Positions 9,217 to 17,900 of a stretch of 64,000 bases of DNA are shown here, piece by piece. Where the stretch lies: assembly GCA_034435215.1 (NCBI GenBank), contig DAOTXM010000492.1:12611-76610 (forward strand), written 5' to 3'. How positions within the stretch are numbered: the stretch's first letter is position 1; each line of letters starts with the position of its first letter. The position numbers were made by a program, and so were the translations under genes. Under the pieces are notes generated by a model. That model saw only the letters and a program-made list of their open reading frames with translations. It made no database searches and was not told the DNA's origin. The stretch comes from Anaerolineales bacterium. GTDB taxonomy: Bacteria; Chloroflexota; Anaerolineae; Anaerolineales; Villigracilaceae.

Positions 9217-10636
9217 TGTAAAGTCTCATAAATTCGTACCTTAACAGTCTCATAAAATCATACCCCCGCCAAAGGGATCAGGAGTGGCAACTGGAAGGCT
9301 TGCGGAGCAGGCAGTTCTGCAACGGTGTAGCCCAGAATGTCTTCTTTGCTCAATCCACGGGTCGGGAGAGACTGGATTATTTCTCCTTGCTGGGTGCGGA
9401 AGCAAAAGCAGCGCCTTTCTGGCTCAAATTAAGCCGAAATGACTTGTCCGGCATATTTGGCACCCACCGTGTAATAGTGGCCTAATACTGAGACACGTCC
9501 GTTTTTGCTGACTTGCCGTATGGCAATATACCGGCTAACGAAGCGATAGGCGCGTTCCAGGTCGAAGAGCAGCCATTCTTGGCTTGGATCAAAGGGGCGT
9601 CCGCTGCTACGGGCGAAAGGGTAAACCTGCAAAGGCGGCTTACCATGGCAGTGGGCAGCTTGGGACGGATAAGTCTGGTTATAAAACGCGCGCGTTTCAT
9701 CGAGCGTATGTTGCAGGCTCGCCAGGGCTGAGAAGGTCTGGCCTTTGCAAGCCAGGTCAAAGATGGTGCGGTGCTCACGCTCCACTGCGCCCTGGTCGGT
9801 TGGACGTGCCGGACGACTGGTGATGTGTTGAATGCCCAATCCCGCCAGCCAGATGGTAAAGAGCGATGGGTAGTTTTCGTCACTTGACCCGACATACACC
9901 GTTTCATGGTCAGTCTGGATCTCTTCCGGCAACCCCCACTCGCAAAAGGCTTCTCGCAAGGTTGCTTGGACCTCCTGCAAAGTGATTTTTCGCCAACGTT
10001 TTGTGGTGGTGGTGAGAAAGGCTTTCGAGCCAATCATCAACCCAAGCGGGTCACGCACATTGAGCAGGTTGACCTTTTCGCGGGACATCACTGACAACCC
10101 TTCCTGGGCATCCATCTGCCACCGCTGATGAGGTCGAATGACAACGGGCGGCGGCTTTTCCGGGTACGTGCGCTTGTTGCGCTCCTGAACCGCTTGCGGA
10201 CAGCGTTCTTTGAAAAGCACTGCCAGGCGCGAGCAACTGGGAAGTTCTTCGAGCGGCTTCCCCAACTTCTTGGCCAGTTTCAGCCGAACCGTCACCGCTC
10301 CCCAGCCCGGATGCTCTTGTTTCATCTTCACGGCTTCTTCCACAATCTCCGCCGCATAGCTGCTAAGCGTTCCGCTGCAAGGGCGACCGCGAGGCTTTGC
10401 TGCCTGATTGTCGCGCTGGCGTCGCCAGTGCTTGCGCACTGTGTAAATCGAGCAATGCATTTCTGCTGCAATCGCTTTCAGCATCCAACCTTCTTGTTTG
10501 TACTGCACGATTCTTTCTTGTTCCGCCACTGTCAATGGGCGCCAAGGAATTGCCATACCTCCTCCAATTTCGACTTTTGCATGGAGTAGAGGTACGATTT
10601 TATGAGATTGTAAAGGTACGAACTAGAGATTCTACA
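9217..10636 (-). mobile_element. IS481-like insertion sequence (single rve/DDE transposase)
   Basis: Imperfect terminal inverted repeats of about 47 bp: TGTAAAGTCTCATAAATTCGTACCTTAACAGTCTCATAAAATCATACC at 9217 versus the reverse complement of 10590..10636, TGTAGAATCTCTAGTTCGTACCTTTACAATCTCATAAAATCGTACC. Flanked by the direct repeat ACCTG (9212..9216 and 10637..10641). Confidence 0.9.
9429..10556 (-). CDS. IS transposase (N-terminal HTH plus integrase-core rve domain)
   Basis: 375 aa with an N-terminal HTH (CSIYTVRKHWRRQR) and DDE core signatures WQMDAQEG, IQTDHETVY and PTDQGAVEREHRTIFD. Confidence 0.93.
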   Translation of the reverse strand: MAIPWRPLTVAEQERIVQYKQEGWMLKAIAAEMHCSIYTVRKHWRRQRDNQAAKPRGRPCSGTLSSYAAEIVEEAVKMKQEHPGWGAVTVRLKLAKKLGKPLEELPSCSRLAVLFKERCPQAVQERNKRTYPEKPPPVVIRPHQRWQMDAQEGLSVMSREKVNLLNVRDPLGLMIGSKAFLTTTTKRWRKITLQEVQATLREAFCEWGLPEEIQTDHETVYVGSSDENYPSLFTIWLAGLGIQHITSRPARPTDQGAVEREHRTIFDLACKGQTFSALASLQHTLDETRAFYNQTYPSQAAHCHGKPPLQVYPFARSSGRPFDPSQEWLLFDLERAYRFVSRYIAIRQVSKNGRVSVLGHYYTVGAKYAGQVISA

Positions 10637-10668
10637 ACCTGGCTACTATGCAATATGCACAATGGCGT

Positions 10669-11277
10669 TCACGCAAACGGTTGCTTACAAACATTACAAT
10701 AGATTTCCATTCTGTCAAGAGCGGATTTTTTTATCTGAATTGTATGTGGAGGCAGGCAGTCACATCTAGCAGTGACACATTCGTCTTGACTAGATCCGCT
10801 TTTCATTAGGTTTTCTACATAGAGCACAGCCTGGATAAGCCCACTATTCTGACGAATTGATGCGGCAAGAGGCTCTATGAGTGTTTGCCATTTTTGAATT
10901 GCTTCAGGGGCTAATATCCATCGAATGCAATTCGTTTTTGCGTCTCGGATCGCGCATAGGCCAAAGGAACGGGCTGGTTTGATATACCAGGGAGAAAACC
11001 GACTGATATATTCAATCACATCCATAAGCATATTGGCCAGAACAATTTCAGCAGCCTTCTCAGGCGAGGTGATCTCGGCTCCGTCAAACAGGTGCTGAAT
11101 ATCCGGAAGCTCGCCGCCTGAATCATAGTAATCACATAAGGTTCGCCAAGTATGTTCCAGGGTTTCATCCAATTCTTCGATTGGATCAATATAAAGTTTT
11201 TCAAAATGTTTCGGTACCATGATAGCCCTACCCGAAGTACTATCACCGGCAAGACGGTTGAATTTGCAAATCGGCAC
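10669..11277 (-). CDS. Hypothetical protein with Cys-rich C-terminus
   Basis: 202-aa ORF (GTG at 11277, alternative ATG at 11220) directly downstream of the hdrCB fusion on the same strand. Low GC. C-terminal CVTARCDC...YCNVCKQ suggests a small metal-binding module. No family recognised. Confidence 0.5.
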   Translation of the reverse strand: MPICKFNRLAGDSTSGRAIMVPKHFEKLYIDPIEELDETLEHTWRTLCDYYDSGGELPDIQHLFDGAEITSPEKAAEIVLANMLMDVIEYISRFSPWYIKPARSFGLCAIRDAKTNCIRWILAPEAIQKWQTLIEPLAASIRQNSGLIQAVLYVENLMKSGSSQDECVTARCDCLPPHTIQIKKSALDRMEIYCNVCKQPFA

Positions 11278-11294
11278 CGATGAGAAGTCTTATC

Positions 11295-12710
11295 TTAGAT
11301 GAACGCCTTATTTTTCAAAAGTCTGCGAGGATCAATCAAATTTTTGTGAAACGCAGTAGCCTTATCTGACAATCCAAAAGCTAGCGCCATCAATTGGGAT
11401 AAATACAATATCGGCATAGGTTCATCCATTTTCATCTGCGTCTGGCGCGCATCCAGATTGGCATGGCAAAGCGGACAAGCCACCGCGATTATGTCTGCAC
11501 CCGATGCCCGAGCCTGGTTGATTAAACGGCTGCTTAGGGTCAGGACAATATCGGGACGAGATAGCGAGTGCGAGGCTCCGCAGCAACAGGTTTTATAGGA
11601 CCAATCGATCGCATTTGCGCCCAACGCCGATACAATCTCGTCCATGTTGGTTGGATTCTCGACATGCTTTGCGCCAGTCACATCAGCCGGGCGTGTCAAC
11701 AAACAGCCGTAATAGCAAACTACGTTCAAGCCAACCAACCTCTTTACCACCTTCTCTTCCACTTCGCGTAAGCTGACATGTTTAAGAATGGTCTCCATCA
11801 ATGTGTTGATCTCAACCGTATCTTGATACCGGTAACCAATCTTTTCAGCTACCTGCTGAACATGCTGTGGATCATGACGTAATCTATATTGGGCAGTTTT
11901 GTGACGGTTGAAACATGCCGCACAAGGCATGACAACCTCTTTAAAACCACTTTGCTCTATCAGGGACAAGTTCTCTAAAGGCAAGCGTAGAGCTGCATCA
12001 GGGTCAATACGATGTGCGGCGCTGCTTCCACAGCATACCCATCCGCGCGGCTCGATCAGGTCGATCTCCAAAACCTTGAAAATCGCCTGCGTAGAAGAGT
12101 TGAACTCAACAGCAGTTGAATGCAAAGAACAACCCGGATAGTAAGCCACTGAATTAGCTGCGCCGAGAAGGGGTTTCACTTTGCGTGGTGGGAGAGTCGG
12201 GCTGGGTAAAAAACGCAATTTGTTTTTTTGGAACATCTTGATGCCCAAATCCATATCGGCCATGATGTTCATTGTCCGAAGTTTCATTTCAGCAAGTAAG
12301 CCCAACTCATAAGCCCGTCCCCACATCCTGACCTCACGCATAAAGGCCCTGTTGAAATAATCCACTTCAGGGACTTGAGGCCGAATCCCCTGCTGGGATG
12401 CGAGGCGCGTCAAATAGTCCATAATGGAAGCGATGTCTAACCCTTGTGGACAACGCGTGGTACAAGTCTGGCAGGCCGCGCATAGCCAAGGAGTTTGCGC
12501 GTGCAAGGCAATATCTTCCTGACCCAGTTGGAGTGCGCGCATGATTTGGTTGGGTTGCCAATCAAAGAACTCGCTTACCGGACATCCACTGGTGCATTTG
12601 ACGCACTGGTAACAAAGATAGACGTTCTCACCTAGCTCTTCCTGGATTTGTCGCGCCAGATTGGTTTTGATCGTGATCGGTCGGTCGGGTATTTTCTGAT
12701 TCACGCTCAT
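11295..12710 (-). CDS. hdrCB: Heterodisulfide reductase HdrC/HdrB fusion (2x[4Fe-4S] plus two CCG domains)
   Basis: N-terminal CYQCVKCTSGCP / CAACQTCTTRCP ferredoxin motifs (HdrC). C-terminal CCG-type motifs (YYPGCSLH, VCCGSS, YYGCLLTRP, CCCGAS, ACPLCHANL) typical of HdrB. Confidence 0.9.
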   Translation of the reverse strand: MSVNQKIPDRPITIKTNLARQIQEELGENVYLCYQCVKCTSGCPVSEFFDWQPNQIMRALQLGQEDIALHAQTPWLCAACQTCTTRCPQGLDIASIMDYLTRLASQQGIRPQVPEVDYFNRAFMREVRMWGRAYELGLLAEMKLRTMNIMADMDLGIKMFQKNKLRFLPSPTLPPRKVKPLLGAANSVAYYPGCSLHSTAVEFNSSTQAIFKVLEIDLIEPRGWVCCGSSAAHRIDPDAALRLPLENLSLIEQSGFKEVVMPCAACFNRHKTAQYRLRHDPQHVQQVAEKIGYRYQDTVEINTLMETILKHVSLREVEEKVVKRLVGLNVVCYYGCLLTRPADVTGAKHVENPTNMDEIVSALGANAIDWSYKTCCCGASHSLSRPDIVLTLSSRLINQARASGADIIAVACPLCHANLDARQTQMKMDEPMPILYLSQLMALAFGLSDKATAFHKNLIDPRRLLKNKAFI

Positions 12711-12746
12711 CGCTTCATCTCCTGAACATCAGCTTACTTCCGTTAC

Positions 12747-13766
12747 CTAAGCTTCCTTTACAACCGGACGCGGGTACAGCCCCGCCCCTTCCACAATCGG
12801 CTTGACTGCTTCCTCCCACTCGATTGCCATGATGTGCACTCCTGCGACGCCCCTGATTGCACGTAACTGCAGGATGAGTTCGATGCAGATACGAATGCCT
12901 TCCTCCTGCCAGGCCTGTGACCGGGCTTTTTTATCCTCTTTGGTCAGGTCCTCTTTCTTGATGCCAGCCCAGGGTGCGCCAGCTTTTTCCATCCTCGCTA
13001 TTAGCTCATCCGGGACCAGAATCCCAGGTACGCTGTCCTTCATGTAACGCGCCATGCCGGGGCTTTTCAGGGGACCAACCCCTGCCAGGATGTATGTTTG
13101 TTCATGCAGCCCCAGCTCACGGACTTTGTGCATGAAACGCTCAAAGGCCACCACGTCATAAACCAACTGGGTCTGTATGAAATTGGCGCCAGCTTTGACC
13201 TTTTTTGCCAACCGATATGGGCGGAAATCGATTGGATCGGCAAAAGGCGCGGCCGCTGCGCCAACAAAAAAGCGTGGCTCCTGTCCTTTCATCGGGTCGC
13301 CGCACTGAAAGACATGCTCGTCTCGCATGGTTGCGACCATCTGGAGTAATTGTACCGAGTCGAGATCGAATACATTTTTCGCAGTGGGATGGTTGCCAAA
13401 GGTCTGGTGGTCGCCGCTCAGGCAGAGCAGGTTGCGCATTCCGAGGGCGTATGCGCCGAGCAAATCGCTTTGTATTGCCAGACGATTGCGATCCCGGCAG
13501 GTCATTTGGACAACGGGTTCCAGGCCTTCTTGCACGACAATCGCGCCGGAACCAATGCTAGACATGCGCACGATGGCTGTCTGGTTATCGGTGATGTTGA
13601 CCGCATCACAATAGCCTCTCAGCAACGCCGCCTTTTCCCGGATGACATGTTCGTCGGCGCTTTGCGGTGGACCAAGCTCAGCGGTGACAGCAAAATGTCC
13701 GGCCTTGAGTACGCGTTCCAGGTTGGAGCCAACCAGGTATCCATTTGGGCTGATATTCGTCGTCAT
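12747..13766 (-). CDS. metF: 5,10-methylenetetrahydrofolate reductase
   Basis: 339 aa with FAVTAELGPP, VNITDNQ, LCLSGDH and FFVGAAAAPF, characteristic MTHFR TIM-barrel motifs. Confidence 0.93.
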   Translation of the reverse strand: MTTNISPNGYLVGSNLERVLKAGHFAVTAELGPPQSADEHVIREKAALLRGYCDAVNITDNQTAIVRMSSIGSGAIVVQEGLEPVVQMTCRDRNRLAIQSDLLGAYALGMRNLLCLSGDHQTFGNHPTAKNVFDLDSVQLLQMVATMRDEHVFQCGDPMKGQEPRFFVGAAAAPFADPIDFRPYRLAKKVKAGANFIQTQLVYDVVAFERFMHKVRELGLHEQTYILAGVGPLKSPGMARYMKDSVPGILVPDELIARMEKAGAPWAGIKKEDLTKEDKKARSQAWQEEGIRICIELILQLRAIRGVAGVHIMAIEWEEAVKPIVEGAGLYPRPVVKEA

Positions 13767-13769
13767 CTT

Positions 13770-14453
13770 TCACTCCTCCTCGGCAGCCAGGCGCAAATCT
13801 TCCCGCACGATCTTGCGCGGCCCGCCATCACGCGACTTCTGCCAGTTCTTCGGCGGTCGGATTGCATAAATATTTTCGAGTCTGCCCATGCTGGATAAAC
13901 GGTCATAAATGAGCTGCCAGGCACAGGGAATGTTCGGGTCGATTTCACAGTGTCCGGCCTCGGAGCCACCACAGGGTCCGTTCAGAAGCGATTTGGAGCA
14001 GCGTGCAATCGGGCAGATTCCTCCTGTCAGATCCAGAATGCAATCCCCGCAAGCCGCGCAGCGTTCCGACCAGACGCCCTGTTCGGTTGGTAAGCCCAGA
14101 AACGTAGTATTCAACCCCGGCACGACCCAGGTATCCGGGAAATGTTCGGCAATCGCCTGGACGCCGATCCCGCAGCCCAGGGAGAGGACAATGTCCGCAT
14201 CTTTCACCTGCTCGGCGGCTTGATCCAGGTACTCCCATTCACACTGGCGCTGAACGGTGGCATGTGTCACCTGTTTACCGTTCCCATCGAGTTTGGTTGC
14301 CATGCGCAAAGAGGCAGCCAGGATCGCGGCTTCACGTTCACCACCGGCAAAACAAACTGTGACACAGGTGCCACAACCCAGAACCAACACTTTTTCCGCA
14401 CTCCCCAGCAGGGATTTGATTTCCGCAAGTGGTTTTTGTTCTGCAATGATCAT
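13770..14453 (-). CDS. metV: MetV (MTHFR C-terminal-domain-like zinc/FeS protein)
   Basis: 227 aa with LGCGTCVTVC, CAACGDCILDLTGGICPIARCSKSLLNGPCGGS. Immediately upstream of metF, as in acetogen metVF units. Confidence 0.88.
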   Translation of the reverse strand: MIIAEQKPLAEIKSLLGSAEKVLVLGCGTCVTVCFAGGEREAAILAASLRMATKLDGNGKQVTHATVQRQCEWEYLDQAAEQVKDADIVLSLGCGIGVQAIAEHFPDTWVVPGLNTTFLGLPTEQGVWSERCAACGDCILDLTGGICPIARCSKSLLNGPCGGSEAGHCEIDPNIPCAWQLIYDRLSSMGRLENIYAIRPPKNWQKSRDGGPRKIVREDLRLAAEEE

Positions 14454-14962
14454 TTGGACACCTCCGGTTTGGAGCTCAACGTTTGATGCTCCATCGAATT
14501 TTTTTCTTCTGATGATCCGCTATCCTGTAGCTCAGATCTGCGCAACGGGTTCAATCCGAGCTTTTCGATCTTCGAAGTCATCTCCTGCGCGGTCGAAACA
14601 AACTCGCCCGCCATCGCTGACGACATATTGAACATCTGCACACGCTCAGGCTCCAGGCCAATCTGCTCCAACAGTTCCTGCACGCGCTTCACTCGGCGGG
14701 TTGCGTTCAAATTACCTTCCAGGTAATGACAGTCGCCCGGCAGTCAACCTGCCACCATGACGCCATCCACGCCATTCTCAAAAGCCTGCAAAGCCATCAA
14801 AACATCCAGTTTGCCAGCACACGGCAGGAGGATGATTTTCACATTGGGAGGATATTGCATCCGTAAGCCTCCGGCCAGGTCGGCTGCCGCATAGGCGCAG
14901 TGCTCACAACAAAATGCCAGGATTTGAACTTGCTCACCAGGCACAGGTGGCGTATGGCTCAT
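14450..14962 (-). CDS. mvhD: MvhD-like [2Fe-2S] subunit with in-frame TGA (predicted selenocysteine)
   Basis: Track ORFs 14744..14962 and 14450..14710 are in the same frame, separated by one TGA (complement of 14744..14746). Read-through gives ...GVDGVMVAG-U-LPGDCHYLEGNLNATRRVKRVQELL. The U aligns with the Cys of the paralog at 19714..20211 (...GVYEVA-C-PIGNCHHVRGN...). Confidence 0.8.
14711..14727 (-). promoter_or_regulatory. Candidate bacterial SECIS hairpin
   Basis: mRNA AUUACCU-GGA-AGGUAAU (7-bp stem, G-rich loop) starts 16 nt 3' of the UGA. Confidence 0.55.
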
Positions 14963-14974
14963 TCCACAAACTCC

Positions 14975-17900
14975 TTATCGAACTGCCTCGACAGGCACAA
15001 AATCACTCGCCGGACACACTAGCGCGCCAATCTTGGCGGCCATCTGGACATCGGTGTAATGAAGTAACTGAATGGCGCGCGCCGGGCATTCCGCCGCGCA
15101 TACGCCGCAACCCTGGCAGACAGAAGGCTCAATGAAGGCCGCGCCCAGGATATTGCCTACACCAGGCTGGTTTGGCTGGATTTGCGGCACTTGGAAAGGG
15201 CAAATGCGGACACAGGTGAGGCAGCCAGTGCAAAGCTGTTGATCGACCACCGCCACCTGCCCACCCGCGGCCTGCGTGCTGCGACTGAGCACGCGCGCCG
15301 CCCGAGCCGCGGCCGCCTGCGCCTGGATCATGCTCTCATCCAGCAGTTTGGGGTAATGGGCAAAACCAGCCATGAAGATGCCATCCGTAGCAAAGTCAAC
15401 CGGGCGGAGCTTGACATGCGCCTCAAGGAAAAATCCATTCGCGTCGACAGGCACTTTGAACATGGCGGATAGATCGTACACATCCTTGTTTGGCACAATT
15501 GGCATGGATAGCGCCAGCAGGTCGGGATGCAGGATCAAGTCGCGATGCAGTACAGGTTCCCAAACCTTGACACTGATCACTGGCAATTGACCACTGATCA
15601 CTGATGACTGATCGCTGTCCACTGTCACTTCCGGCTTCCTGTCGAAGTCATAGCGGACGAAGGTTACGCCCATAGCGCGCGCCTGGGTGTAGAGCCGCTC
15701 TTTGAAACCATAGGCGCGAATATCGCGATACAGGATGGTGACCTGCATCCCCGGATTCAATTCTTTCAACCGAATGGCGTTCTTCAGCGCCACGGTGCAG
15801 CAGATACGGCTGCAGAACTGTTCGGCGGGGCCAACACACAGGATCATGACTACGGAATTGAGTTCCTGCACACTGGTTTCATCCGTAAGATGCGCTTCAA
15901 GTTCTTGCTGAGTGATAATTCGTGGGTTGGTTCCGTAGCCGTATTCCGGCTGGCGATATTCTTGAGCGCCGGTTGCCAGAATAGTTGCGCCATGCACGAT
16001 CTCAAGTTGCTCACCTGTACCGTTTCTAATCACGCTGGTAAAGTTTCCTTTGAAACCATGCGTCTCGGTCACCCGGCTGTTCAAATGGACGGTAATTTTG
16101 GGGTGGGAATTGATCTGCTCAACCAGTTGTCGAAGCACTTTTTGAGGCTCTCTGCCGTTCAACGGGACATACACATTCCGTAAATTCCCGCCCAACTTGC
16201 TTTCCTTCTCCACCAAGTGAACCGGGAAACCCTGATCGGCTAGCGAGAGCGCAGCGGTCATCCCGGCAGCGCCGCCACCAACCACCAGCGCAACCTGTCG
16301 CACAGGGATTTCGATAGTGTAAATCGGATTTAACAACGCCGCGCGCGAGACAGCCATCCGCACCAGGTCTTTCGCTTTAGCAGTGGCAGCTTCCCGATCC
16401 GTGGAATGAACCCAGGAGCACTGGTTGCGGATGTTCGCCATCTCGAACAGGTAAGGATTCAGTCCCGCCGTTCGCAGACTGTCCCGGAATAACGGTTCAT
16501 GCGTGTGAGGCGTGCAACTTGCCACTACTACGCGGTTGAGCTGATGTTCATTCACCTGTTCGATGATGTGACGGATACTGTCCTGGGAGCAGGTGTATAG
16601 ATTGGATTCAGCATGGACAACATAAGGCAAGGTGGCAGCGTACTCGCTAACAACCGGCACATCCAGGTATCCGGCGATGTTCGAGCCACAATGACAGACG
16701 AACACGCCAATGCGGGGCGGCTCGCCATTGACGTCCCGTTCAGGCGGGAATTCAGGGGTGGTAGTCAGCGTAAAACGGGACCCACTCAAATGTCCGGCCG
16801 CGGCGGCCGCTGCTCCGCTGGCTTCGACAATCGATTCGGGGATGTCCTTGGGCTCGCAGAACGGTCCAACAGCGTAGATTCCCAGGCGGCTGGTTTCCAC
16901 AGGATTGAACTGCGCGGTACGGCAAAAACCATGTTCGTCCAGTTCAACGCCCAAGCGCTGGCCCAGGGCGCGCACATCCGGTGAGATTTCCATACCAACC
17001 GAAAGGACGACCATATCAAAGCGCTTGAAGAATGCTTTTCCATTCTCATCCTGATAGCGCAGGAGCAAATCGCGACTCTCAGGGTCTTCGTGCAAGGCGC
17101 TGATTCGGCAGCGGGTATAGGTGATACCATATCGCTGGCGCGCCCGCTCGTAATACTCCAGGTAGCCTTTGGAGAAAGCGCGCATGTCCATCATGAAAAC
17201 CTGGATATCCAGGTTCGGATGATGTTCCTTGGCCATGATAGCTTCCTTGGTAGCATACATACAGCAGACAGCAGAACAATAATCATGGCTCTGATCACGC
17301 GAACCGATGCACTGCAAGAACGCGATGCGCTTGGGAGTGCTGTCATCCGATGGACGCTGAATATGTCCCATTGTCGGGCCGGAAGCCGATAGCAAGCGTT
17401 CGAATTGCAGCGAAGTCACCACGTTTGGATAGCGTCCAAAGCCATATTCCTGCGAGAGTTCAGCGCGATAGATTTCGTATCCGGGCGCTAAAATGACGGC
17501 TCCCACATCCAGGCTTTGTTCGCGAGCAGGCATATCATGATCGATTGCATTCACCCCACAGGCAAAGACGCAACTCATACATTCAGAACAAATGCCGCAC
17601 GCCAGGCAGCGAGCTGCTTCAGCTTGCGCGCTTTCATCGTCGTAGCCACCCTCGACTTCGGCAAAATTCGAGATGCGTTCTTCGACCGTCAGTTCAGGCA
17701 TGGGTACGCGCGGCTGGAGCTTGATCTCACCGCGGGCGATGCGATCTTCGATTTCCTGTTGGGAGAGTTTGACCACCGGAAGTTCAGGCTTGGGCGGCGG
17801 TTCGAGTGCAGCGCCTCGCAGATAGCGAAGGATGGATTTAGCCGCCTTGTGACCGCTATCCACGGCCTCGATGACGAAAGCCGTACCGGAAACACTATCG

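Noticed and set aside
14450-14962. mvhD split into two ORFs, read as a pseudogene or a sequencing error.
   Set aside because: The break is a single TGA in frame at exactly the position of a conserved Cys, with a hairpin at SECIS distance. There is no frameshift. Selenocysteine recoding is the better explanation, but it still needs the Sec machinery to be found in the genome.
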